Source of the DNA: a virus
Lineage: Duplodnaviria; Caudoviricetes
Reading direction: 5' to 3' (one strand)
Virus record (IMG/VR): IMGVR_UViG_3300022671_000005
Span: 1-64,000 of that record
Length of the DNA stretch: 64,000 nt
This document shows positions 8,356-16,270 of this stretch, one piece after another; the stretch's first letter is position 1, and each line of letters opens with the position of its first letter. The notes beneath the pieces are model-generated. The model was not told the origin of the DNA. It worked only from the letters and a program-made list of their open reading frames with translations, and did no database searches. The position numbers and the translations under genes are program-made.

Positions 8356-8431
8356 ACTCCGGTAGTTCAGTAGGAAGAACAACGCACTTCTAATGCGTAT
8401 GTCCCTGGTTCAAATCCAGGTCGGAGTGCCA
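8356..8431 (+). tRNA. tRNA-Arg (anticodon UCU)
   Basis: acceptor ACTCCGG/TCGGAGT, anticodon arm ACGCA-CTTCTAA-TGCGT, T-loop GTTCAAATC, encoded CCA, 76 nt. Confidence 0.95.
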
Positions 8432-8460
8432 AACTTACATTACACAACGAGGATGAGAAT

Positions 8461-8988
8461 ATGTTAATTAACAATTTAATGAAAATAACTAACAGATTTA
8501 TAAGGTCTGTTGGGACTTTGGTTAACCCAAAACTTAAATCTGACGTGATCAAGACACCCTATACTGGTACCCCTAAAAAGAGTGAACCTAAGTTTAAATA
8601 TAAAGACCAAATTATCATAGTAAATAACGAAGATGAAAACTATGAGATTGGTAAATTTCTTTATTATGAAAACTTTGGTGGGTCAGATAATATCCCTATA
8701 ATTGAATTGGACGGCAGGACCTATACATGCTTTTCACATCTTGAACCTTACAGTGAAGAATTGTGTAAGATATTGGACAAAATGGATTACATACAACAAT
8801 GGAATTATCTTGTCCATGATTCCGCTCAACTGTCATCCAAAAAGGGTATACCTAAACAGACTTACGAATGTCAATGTGAAGCGTGTAAAGAATGGAGATT
8901 TTCCAATGGTAGTAAAAAATCAAGCATCTTTCAAACCAAACCTAAAGGTCATGTTAGAAAGGTTAAAGAAGAAGATCCTAAGGATTGA
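8461..8988 (+). CDS. hypothetical protein
   Basis: 175 aa, CQCEAC motif. Confidence 0.6.
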   Translation: MLINNLMKITNRFIRSVGTLVNPKLKSDVIKTPYTGTPKKSEPKFKYKDQIIIVNNEDENYEIGKFLYYENFGGSDNIPIIELDGRTYTCFSHLEPYSEELCKILDKMDYIQQWNYLVHDSAQLSSKKGIPKQTYECQCEACKEWRFSNGSKKSSIFQTKPKGHVRKVKEEDPKD

Positions 8989-9033
8989 TAATCTGTCTAA
9001 TAAACACTACACAGGTAAAAGGATTATATTCAA

Positions 9034-9507
9034 ATGATAAAGTATGTAAAGGGTGACTTGATTAAACTTGCTGATGATGGAGAGTTTGATGTTATCTGTC
9101 ATGGCTGTAACTGTCAAGGTACGATGGGAGCTGGGATAGCAAAACAGATAGCTAAAAGATGGCCATTGGTTGCAGAAGTAGACAAGGAGTTCCATAGTAG
9201 AAATGCACATAACACATTTGCTATGTTAGGTGAATTTTCTATGGTCAATGTGAAAACAAAAAATAATAGACGTTTAATAGTTTGTAACTTGTATACACAA
9301 CACTATTATGGTAAAGGTGTACAAGTAGATTATATATCTATCAAAAGAGTTCTTATACAGATACATGAAACCATGCCTTTAAACTATCGTATCGGATTAC
9401 CCAAAATAGCAGCTGGATTAGGTGGAGGTGACTGGAACATCATTAAATCTATCATAGAGGAAATATTCAGTAATAGAAATGTTTCTGTCGTAAAATATAA
9501 CAAATAG
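9034..9507 (+). CDS. macrodomain (ADP-ribose-processing) protein
   Basis: KGDL, HGCNC..TMGAGIA, NLYTQ, LPKIAAGLGGGDW motifs. Confidence 0.92.
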   Translation: MIKYVKGDLIKLADDGEFDVICHGCNCQGTMGAGIAKQIAKRWPLVAEVDKEFHSRNAHNTFAMLGEFSMVNVKTKNNRRLIVCNLYTQHYYGKGVQVDYISIKRVLIQIHETMPLNYRIGLPKIAAGLGGGDWNIIKSIIEEIFSNRNVSVVKYNK

Positions 9508-9520
9508 ATTTCTTCATCTC

Positions 9521-9556
9521 AGACAGTACACACTGATCAATCAGTGTGTACTGTCT
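9521..9556 (+). terminator. 17-bp stem hairpin with T tract
   Basis: agacagtacacactgat-ca-atcagtgtgtactgtct then tttttt. Confidence 0.75.
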
Positions 9557-9600
9557 TTTTTTAATTTTATTATCTATCATATAAAAAAGGAGGTTCGAGA

Positions 9601-10281
9601 ATGAACGTTAAACTATATATGGATACTGAATTCACTGGCTTACAAATGCCAACATCACTAATCTCAATAGGGATAGTTTCAGATTTTGGGACTAGTTTTT
9701 ACGCTGAACTGACAGATTACAATGAGGATCAGGTTGATGAGTGGATAAAAGAGAATGTAATTGATAATCTTATCCACACTGGACCAAAATGGGATGTTCT
9801 CAATATTGATTACCCTAAGCGTGGTTCATCATGTTTTAAAATTAATACAACTGCAAAACAGTTTGGTAATACAAGGTTTTACTCTACACACATATTAACT
9901 GAAGAGTACAATAAGGGTTCTTATTCAGTTAGTTTAAAAGGAAATAGTGAAAAGCTCAGAGAAGAACTAACTAAATGGTTGGATACTTTCTTTGTCTTTG
10001 GTGAAGTTGAAATGGTCAGTGATTGTTTATCGTATGACTGGGTATTATTCAACAATATCTTTGGACATGCATTCAACATTCATAGAGTTGTGAATTACAT
10101 ACCTACTGATATATGCACTATGTTTAGAGATAGTGGTATTGACCCAGACACTAACAGGGAAGAGTTTATTAAGATGTATGATCGTGCTCTACCAGAAGGT
10201 TCCAAACATAATTCCCTTTATGATGCTAAAGTAATCAGGGAGTGTTATCATGGGATTAAAAATCTAGGTATAGTTAAATGA
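9601..10281 (+). CDS. DEDDh 3'-5' exo(ribo)nuclease (RNase AS/Rv2179c-like)
   Basis: YMDTEFTGL, LISIG, YDWVLF, HNSLYDA motifs. Confidence 0.88.
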   Translation: MNVKLYMDTEFTGLQMPTSLISIGIVSDFGTSFYAELTDYNEDQVDEWIKENVIDNLIHTGPKWDVLNIDYPKRGSSCFKINTTAKQFGNTRFYSTHILTEEYNKGSYSVSLKGNSEKLREELTKWLDTFFVFGEVEMVSDCLSYDWVLFNNIFGHAFNIHRVVNYIPTDICTMFRDSGIDPDTNREEFIKMYDRALPEGSKHNSLYDAKVIRECYHGIKNLGIVK

Positions 10282-10288
10282 GATTACC

Positions 10289-10540
10289 ATGCAGATATTA
10301 CCAGATCCAGGTATACAAACAAATAGATTTAAACCACGTGCTTTAGATCCCACAACCCTTGGTAAAGTGCTGGGTGATCTAGTTAGTAAAGAGTTAATAA
10401 CAAAAGAAGATGCATCTAGAATGTACTTTACATGTTTATCCAAACCCAAAGGTTCTTCAAAAAGAAAATATCTTGGAGATGAACTAGAGAAATTAGGTGG
10501 TAGAGAACTACGTGAACATGCATGGGTAAGGTTCAGATAA
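10289..10540 (+). CDS. hypothetical protein
   Basis: ORF in operon. Confidence 0.55.
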   Translation: MQILPDPGIQTNRFKPRALDPTTLGKVLGDLVSKELITKEDASRMYFTCLSKPKGSSKRKYLGDELEKLGGRELREHAWVRFR

Positions 10541-10552
10541 CAAAAGAGAATA

Positions 10553-10876
10553 TTGAAAATGACTAAGAAAACAAGAAAAGTTGAACTGATTGAAGAAGAA
10601 TGTGACATGTCCATGGAAGGTGGACTGTACAAACAAGATTATCGTGGCAATATTGTTAAAGATGGTTCCAATCACAATTACTTCCATCGTGATGGTAAGA
10701 GCGTGTGTTGGTTACCAGAAGAACTTGTTGATCTGATTATTCTAGGCGAACACGTCACCAATGAAGTAATATCTGTGGACGATCTTCCTAAACCTGAAAC
10801 TCGTGGTTCAAGTGGTGTTGTATCATTAGTTGATATGATAGGCGATACTCCCAAGAAACTTAACATTGAGTTTTAA
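10553..10876 (+). CDS. hypothetical protein
   Basis: ORF in operon. Confidence 0.55.
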   Translation: MKMTKKTRKVELIEEECDMSMEGGLYKQDYRGNIVKDGSNHNYFHRDGKSVCWLPEELVDLIILGEHVTNEVISVDDLPKPETRGSSGVVSLVDMIGDTPKKLNIEF

Positions 10877-10877
10877 T

Positions 10878-11183
10878 ATGCCACATATACACAAACGTAA
10901 CTTTGGTAGATTGAGACGAGAACGTCTCAGTCAGCATAAATTGTGTGAACCTAAAGTTGAAGGTACTTTAGAGGAGCAAGTTGAAAGAGCACATGAGATT
11001 ATTGGTGACATGGCTAGCGAAACTCGTGGTCCCAAAATGACGATACCTGCAGGTAGTGCATTAAACCGAATCCCCTGTGGTGATGAGGATATGTACTTAA
11101 CACAAGTAATAGATAATCTATACGATGAAGTCAATAGACTGCGTGAGCACCTCAATTATATTAATCATATAGATTATCTATGA
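10878..11183 (+). CDS. hypothetical protein
   Basis: ORF in operon, likely start MPHIHK. Confidence 0.55.
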   Translation: MPHIHKRNFGRLRRERLSQHKLCEPKVEGTLEEQVERAHEIIGDMASETRGPKMTIPAGSALNRIPCGDEDMYLTQVIDNLYDEVNRLREHLNYINHIDYL

Positions 11184-11692
11184 TCAAATACAAACAATTA
11201 AAAGTAAGTGGTATCCCTAGACTAACATTAACATTTCTTCATGAAGTCGTAATGGACATGTTGGGTGATATTAAAAACGTTGACTGCAATATCGGCATAT
11301 TTCTTTCAGATAAGGAAATGTTATTGAAACTAAATAGTCGAGTTAAGTCAGCTATACTGCAACATAAATTTTGTATGGTTGGTACCTGCAATCAACGTGT
11401 TGTGGAAAACAAATCTCTAAATATAAAAGTGTTCTTTGACACCATTAAGAAGACTAAAAAAGCTGCAGACAATGTAGGACGAGGTATGTCATTAAATTAT
11501 GCTATATTTAGTGATGTAAGTGATGTACCTGACGACATATGCATTACTCAACTTGGGAATATGGTATACGCAATGTCTAGAACTGAGGGTATTGTGTTTG
11601 TTTGTAGTTCTGGAGATTGTCCAGATATTACTGATCTAGGAACTTCACATCACATTAACTCAGATACAAACAAACACAATTTAAGAGGATAA
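11180..11692 (+). CDS. hypothetical protein, possibly a degenerate terminase-ATPase-like fragment
   Basis: GRGMSLNYAIFSD resembles the RG...hhhhDE Walker-B region; no Walker A. Confidence 0.4.
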   Translation: MIKYKQLKVSGIPRLTLTFLHEVVMDMLGDIKNVDCNIGIFLSDKEMLLKLNSRVKSAILQHKFCMVGTCNQRVVENKSLNIKVFFDTIKKTKKAADNVGRGMSLNYAIFSDVSDVPDDICITQLGNMVYAMSRTEGIVFVCSSGDCPDITDLGTSHHINSDTNKHNLRG

Positions 11693-11694
11693 TT

Positions 11695-11952
11695 ATGAGA
11701 AAATGTATTTGTAAACAATGCAACAGAGAGTTCCTTGAGGACGATCATAATCCTGGAATACATTACAGTACACCTGCTGAATTATGTATACATTGTGAAG
11801 GTTCCAACAGTCTGAAAGATGGACAGTGGTATCAAGCAGCTGATGGGAATTATTACCAGAAAGGTAAATCTGAAGAATCTCAGCGTCAAGAAAACCTAGA
11901 ATCTGAAAATATTAAATTGCGCAAACAAGTTTACGACTTACAAAAAAGATAG
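11695..11952 (+). CDS. zinc-ribbon protein
   Basis: CKQC...CIHC and C-terminal coiled coil. Confidence 0.6.
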   Translation: MRKCICKQCNREFLEDDHNPGIHYSTPAELCIHCEGSNSLKDGQWYQAADGNYYQKGKSEESQRQENLESENIKLRKQVYDLQKR

Positions 11953-11987
11953 AAAGATTAACATCAAAACATTAAAAGGATAAGACC

Positions 11988-12713
11988 ATGTCATTAGTAC
12001 AAGAAGCATGGAATGATACCTATGAATCCATACAGGTAATTAATCCCAACGTAAGTGTAGAAGATCGAGACAACATTTTTGAAAAGCTTTACTACGGATA
12101 TGTGGGTTCCAAAGCAAATCTTGAACGTACTTACCATAATTTCGATCATGTGTTACATTGTTTAACTCAACTACAGTTTTTATCTAACATGGGTAAGATA
12201 GAAGATACTTTAGCATTGGAACTAGCATTGTGGTTCCATGATGTGTTCTACGATATCCGTTGTAACTGTAATGAAGAAATGAGTGCAAACATTGCCACAG
12301 ATTCTCTTAAAGGAATTGTACCCGATGCGATGTTATTTAGAATTAAGGAACTGATTAAATGTACCAAGTACTCAGGTTGTTTGACAACACCTTATGTTCC
12401 TAACTATACCAGGGAAGATGATGATCAAGATCATCTGTACATCAGAGATATTGACTTCTCAGGTTTTGCCCTATTGTTCCCACAAGTGTTGGAAGCTGGT
12501 AGAAACATAAGAAATGAATCCCCATTCTTAGATGACCTTACATTCTACGAAAAGAGGGTTAAATTCTTATCGTTATTGGTTCAGGATGATTTTAAAATAT
12601 ATCACACTGAACTATTGAACACAATGTATGAAGATACTGCAAAGTATAACATACGAAGAGAGATTGAGCATTGTGAAGGTATGATACGTAATTTACAACC
12701 TCTAGTTTATTAA
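11988..12713 (+). CDS. HD-superfamily metal-dependent phosphohydrolase (COG4339-like)
   Basis: RTYHNFDH, WFHDVFYD, NEEMSA, DIDFS motifs. Confidence 0.88.
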   Translation: MSLVQEAWNDTYESIQVINPNVSVEDRDNIFEKLYYGYVGSKANLERTYHNFDHVLHCLTQLQFLSNMGKIEDTLALELALWFHDVFYDIRCNCNEEMSANIATDSLKGIVPDAMLFRIKELIKCTKYSGCLTTPYVPNYTREDDDQDHLYIRDIDFSGFALLFPQVLEAGRNIRNESPFLDDLTFYEKRVKFLSLLVQDDFKIYHTELLNTMYEDTAKYNIRREIEHCEGMIRNLQPLVY

Positions 12714-12714
12714 T

Positions 12715-13938
12715 ATGAATTTAGAGTCTATAGTTGGTAGATGCATATGTGGCACTGGCCACAGGCCAAGTAAGTTATCTAAAACTTATTCCGAATGGGA
12801 TAGTAAGATTGAAGCTAAACTGACTATAGCTCTTATTGAGATATTCAAACGGTATAAACCATCCAAGGTCATATCAGGTATGGCTCTTGGGTGGGACACT
12901 GTCTTAGCTAGAGCAGCAGCTTCCTTCCCAGATATTTTTTTAGAATTACACATACCTTGTAAGGGTCAAAGTAAGAAATGGTCTAAGTCTGCACAGCATA
13001 CTTACGAAGGGTTATGTGAAAAAGCAGATAGGGTAGTAATACTATCAGAAGAGTATACACCAAAGTGTATGCAAGAGAGAAACGAATCTATGGTTGATGC
13101 TGCAGATATAGTGCTTGCTTTGTGGGATGGTTCCAAAGGCGGTACGGGTAACTGTATTAGATATGCACAATCAAGAGATGTACCTATTGTAAATTTATGG
13201 AGTAAATTAATGGATAAACCTGAACAACCGTCATTTATAGATCCAGATATAGTGTTGAGAGAAGAAGATCATACTTATCTCTATAAAGGTGAAGATATAG
13301 GATTCACATCAGCGACTACCCTTCTTCACAAATTGTATCCTCCATTTATTCCAGAGAAAGTTGCCAAGAGTCTTTTAAAATATCCTAAGTACAAAGGACG
13401 TACTGTTAAAGATATATTAGAAGAGTGGGAAGAAACTAATAAAGTTGGTTCATTGGTCCACTGGGAACTTGAACAGTATGTTCTATCTAGAAGAGAGCCT
13501 ACACATTACAGAGCTAAACTTGGCAGAGAGTGGTTGGATAAATTATTTGCTAGAGACAAATATAACTTCTATCCTGAAGTTATCCTCTATGTGAAAGATC
13601 TAAAGGTATGTGGCACTACAGATTTAGTTCTTGAAGAAAAAGATACTGGACATCTACATGTCATGGATTATAAATGTATCAGAAAATTAAGATTCAAATC
13701 ATTTGATAAAGAGTATGGGATACATCCTATAACGGCTCACTTGATGAATTGTAATTTTGTAATCTACAGTCTTCAACTTAGTTTGTATAGATACATTCTT
13801 GAAGTCTATCATAATAAAAAAGTATGGACCAATAACCTTGTTCACATAAGGGAACAAGATGTGAAAGTGTATAGGTGTCAATATCATAAGGGGATTATAG
13901 AAAGAATCTTTAAATCTATTCCTGAATTAATATCATAA
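12715..13938 (+). CDS. SLOG (YspA/DUF1273-like) domain fused to PD-(D/E)XK nuclease
   Basis: GTGHRP, ISGMALGWD, RNESMVD, WDGSKGGTGNC; then HTY, GSLVH, E, CGTTDL, DYK, YSLQLSLY. Confidence 0.85.
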   Translation: MNLESIVGRCICGTGHRPSKLSKTYSEWDSKIEAKLTIALIEIFKRYKPSKVISGMALGWDTVLARAAASFPDIFLELHIPCKGQSKKWSKSAQHTYEGLCEKADRVVILSEEYTPKCMQERNESMVDAADIVLALWDGSKGGTGNCIRYAQSRDVPIVNLWSKLMDKPEQPSFIDPDIVLREEDHTYLYKGEDIGFTSATTLLHKLYPPFIPEKVAKSLLKYPKYKGRTVKDILEEWEETNKVGSLVHWELEQYVLSRREPTHYRAKLGREWLDKLFARDKYNFYPEVILYVKDLKVCGTTDLVLEEKDTGHLHVMDYKCIRKLRFKSFDKEYGIHPITAHLMNCNFVIYSLQLSLYRYILEVYHNKKVWTNNLVHIREQDVKVYRCQYHKGIIERIFKSIPELIS

Positions 13939-13969
13939 TGTATATCTTAGATCATCCATATCTTGTTTA

Positions 13970-13977
13970 TATATTAC
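13970..13977 (+). promoter_or_regulatory. putative early promoter TATATTAC
   Basis: recurrent motif upstream of ORF 14157. Confidence 0.7.
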
Positions 13978-13993
13978 ATTCATGAGACCGACC

Positions 13994-14027
13994 ATGAGTA
14001 TATGAAAAACAACTTTCATATACTCAT
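13994..14027. other. 14-bp stem hairpin in leader
   Basis: atgagtatatgaaa-aacaac-tttcatatactcat. Confidence 0.65.
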
Positions 14028-14156
14028 TAAATCATAATCGCATATTCAACTACAATGGAGGTGTTGTCTATTTACAAGCAGGCGCTTGTTTTACATTTTG
14101 AAGTAATGAGGCTACTTCATCAAAAAATATAACAACAAAAAATAAAGATACGTACA

Positions 14157-15383
14157 ATGATTGAAGAAAAAGCTGGCGAAGCTGAAATCGTCATAGAAGA
14201 GAATAACGAACAAGTTGTTGAGAATGAAACATCAACGGTGGAAAATGAAAAACAAACAGTTCAAGAACAACAGGGAGAAGAATCTGTTGAGGAACTTGAC
14301 AAACCCAAGGTTGAAGAAACTAACGTTATTGAAGAGACTGTTTCTGAAGTAACTGAAGAAGAAAAACAACCTACAAACGGAGAAGCCCCCAACGAGGAAG
14401 AGAACACTTCTATTGAGTCTACGGATGAAGAAGAAATAGTTGAAGAGTCTACTTCAACTGAGGAAGTCGTTGATGATGGTGCTGAGTCTGAGAAGGTAGC
14501 AGTTGAGGAAGTCGTTGATGGAACGACTACAAAACCAGAAACCGACTCTAAATCTAAGAAAGATAAAGGTAAGTACACTAAACCGAAGCGCATGTATGAG
14601 AGAGACCCTGAGTTGGAACGCATCTTGACTGTAACAGTCAAGACTCTTAAAAACATTCCACACATCACATCTGTGGATTGTCGTTCCAAGAACAATCGAC
14701 ACTTCACACTTCGTGTTGAGAGTGCTAAGATTGCTAACTTGTTCTTACATGGTATTAACAAGGTCGGTATCTACTCAGACCCAAAAGTACTTATTAAGTC
14801 ACTTGAAAAAGTACTTACACACTGGAATGAGAATCTTGGTATCTTACCAGATGATTGTTTTAATGTGTGTGTTATGCGTCTTGAATTAGCAGAGCAACAG
14901 AAACAAGAAGTTTCTTCTGCTGCTCTATTGTCTAACGAAGAGATTCGTAAGAGGGTATATTTACACTATTCCTCAGCACGCTATGAGTGGCGCTCACGTG
15001 CCATCATGGAAGCATTGTCAATTGCTGATCAGTACGAATCAAAAACTGTGTCGGCTTATGGTCTTTCGACTCGTGTGCGGAAGTATACCGAATGGACTCC
15101 TGAACTAGAGTCTATGGAAGCATACTTTCACATTGAGGAAGATTGTCTAGCAGACATTGAAATCTCTCCTGAACGTATGCGTGAGGTCGGACTCACAATG
15201 AAGATTCTTGACATCCGCAATCCGTTGATCATTGGCCATTTGGTTAAGATCAATGCTATGCGTAAGAGGCACATGGCAGAGATTGCAGAAGGTATCAAAA
15301 AGGGAACAATCACCATTAATCCCATCAACACTGATGAGGTTGATGTGCAGGAGTTGAAGAACTCCATGCTCTCTATTGGCTAA
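14157..15383 (+). CDS. hypothetical protein with long acidic disordered N-terminus
   Basis: first ~130 aa E/T/V-rich; monocistronic between promoter and palindrome. Confidence 0.75.
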   Translation: MIEEKAGEAEIVIEENNEQVVENETSTVENEKQTVQEQQGEESVEELDKPKVEETNVIEETVSEVTEEEKQPTNGEAPNEEENTSIESTDEEEIVEESTSTEEVVDDGAESEKVAVEEVVDGTTTKPETDSKSKKDKGKYTKPKRMYERDPELERILTVTVKTLKNIPHITSVDCRSKNNRHFTLRVESAKIANLFLHGINKVGIYSDPKVLIKSLEKVLTHWNENLGILPDDCFNVCVMRLELAEQQKQEVSSAALLSNEEIRKRVYLHYSSARYEWRSRAIMEALSIADQYESKTVSAYGLSTRVRKYTEWTPELESMEAYFHIEEDCLADIEISPERMREVGLTMKILDIRNPLIIGHLVKINAMRKRHMAEIAEGIKKGTITINPINTDEVDVQELKNSMLSIG

Positions 15384-15393
15384 ACGTATCTTG

Positions 15394-15431
15394 TATACCC
15401 CACTCAGACCTGCAGGTCTGAGTGGGGTATA
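15394..15431. terminator. 38-bp perfect loop-less palindrome
   Basis: tataccccactcagacctg|caggtctgagtggggtata. Confidence 0.7.
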
Positions 15432-15489
15432 TCTTAGCAATTATATGTAAACCTTTAACTTGTCAAGATTTTTAGGAGGCTACACTCGT

Positions 15490-16164
15490 ATGGGAATTGG
15501 TTGCGATTCTGCAAAGATATTAGGTATTGGAAATATCCACCATTTGATATTTTTAGACAAAGCAAGAAACAAAAGACACCTTGTTGTTTTTATTGCTTTT
15601 ATTAAAGATGGGAAGAGTGCTTGCGGTGTCGATTATTGTGCTTTAACACTTAATGAGTTTAAATCCTCTAAGTGTAACTCAGAAAAGATAAGGTATGATG
15701 TTAAAGATCACAACCCAGGTGAAGTTACTCTAGATGGTAAAACACATAGTGTGAATCTCATCAACGACTCTTATATTGTAACTGTACGAATGACTAATTC
15801 TCTTATCAAACGTGCTTTGAAAAGAGGTAAGAAAGTTACAAAAGAGATCAATGGTATTTTGAACGGTGGGTCAAAAGGGTTTTTGGTAAGACCCCAAGGT
15901 CTTTCACCCGATGGTTCTAAACTTATCATGCATTTTTTTCCAGAAAGTCCTAAGTACAGCGTAATGTATTTTCCTGAAAATTCAGGAATAGGATTGTTTG
16001 ATAAATCTTTAAACTCTAGAGATGCCTTTCCATGTTCTAGAGTAGTTGTCATAGAAACAGATGATTACGATAAAGTCTTGAAAAGACTGTCTAATTATAA
16101 AGATTGTAGTTTAGAGAAACCTATTGGGTTCTTCAAAAAACTTATTTCATTTTTCAAACGATAA
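15490..16164 (+). CDS. hypothetical protein
   Basis: AGGAGG SD before MGIGCDS. Confidence 0.65.
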   Translation: MGIGCDSAKILGIGNIHHLIFLDKARNKRHLVVFIAFIKDGKSACGVDYCALTLNEFKSSKCNSEKIRYDVKDHNPGEVTLDGKTHSVNLINDSYIVTVRMTNSLIKRALKRGKKVTKEINGILNGGSKGFLVRPQGLSPDGSKLIMHFFPESPKYSVMYFPENSGIGLFDKSLNSRDAFPCSRVVVIETDDYDKVLKRLSNYKDCSLEKPIGFFKKLISFFKR

Positions 16165-16174
16165 TATTTTTTAC

Positions 16175-16210
16175 TATACAGTACAGGCAAAGGTATGCCT
16201 GTACTGTATA
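16175..16210. terminator. 15-bp stem hairpin
   Basis: tatacagtacaggca-aaggta-tgcctgtactgtata. Confidence 0.7.
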
Positions 16211-16270
16211 TTACTTTTTATTATTTAAAGTAATTTGTATAGACTTATATAACATAAAAGGAGTAAAATA

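Noticed and set aside
8367-8552. 61-aa minus-strand ORF
   Set aside because: Antisense to the tRNA and to ORF 8461
11180-11692. Terminase large subunit
   Set aside because: Only 170 aa, no Walker A or nuclease domain, and Walker B lacks the catalytic Glu
14261-14761. 166-aa Ser-rich minus-strand ORF and similar antisense ORFs (4949, 25332, 25828, 41867, 57046)
   Set aside because: Shadow frames of biased or low-complexity sense genes, with no SD or motifs
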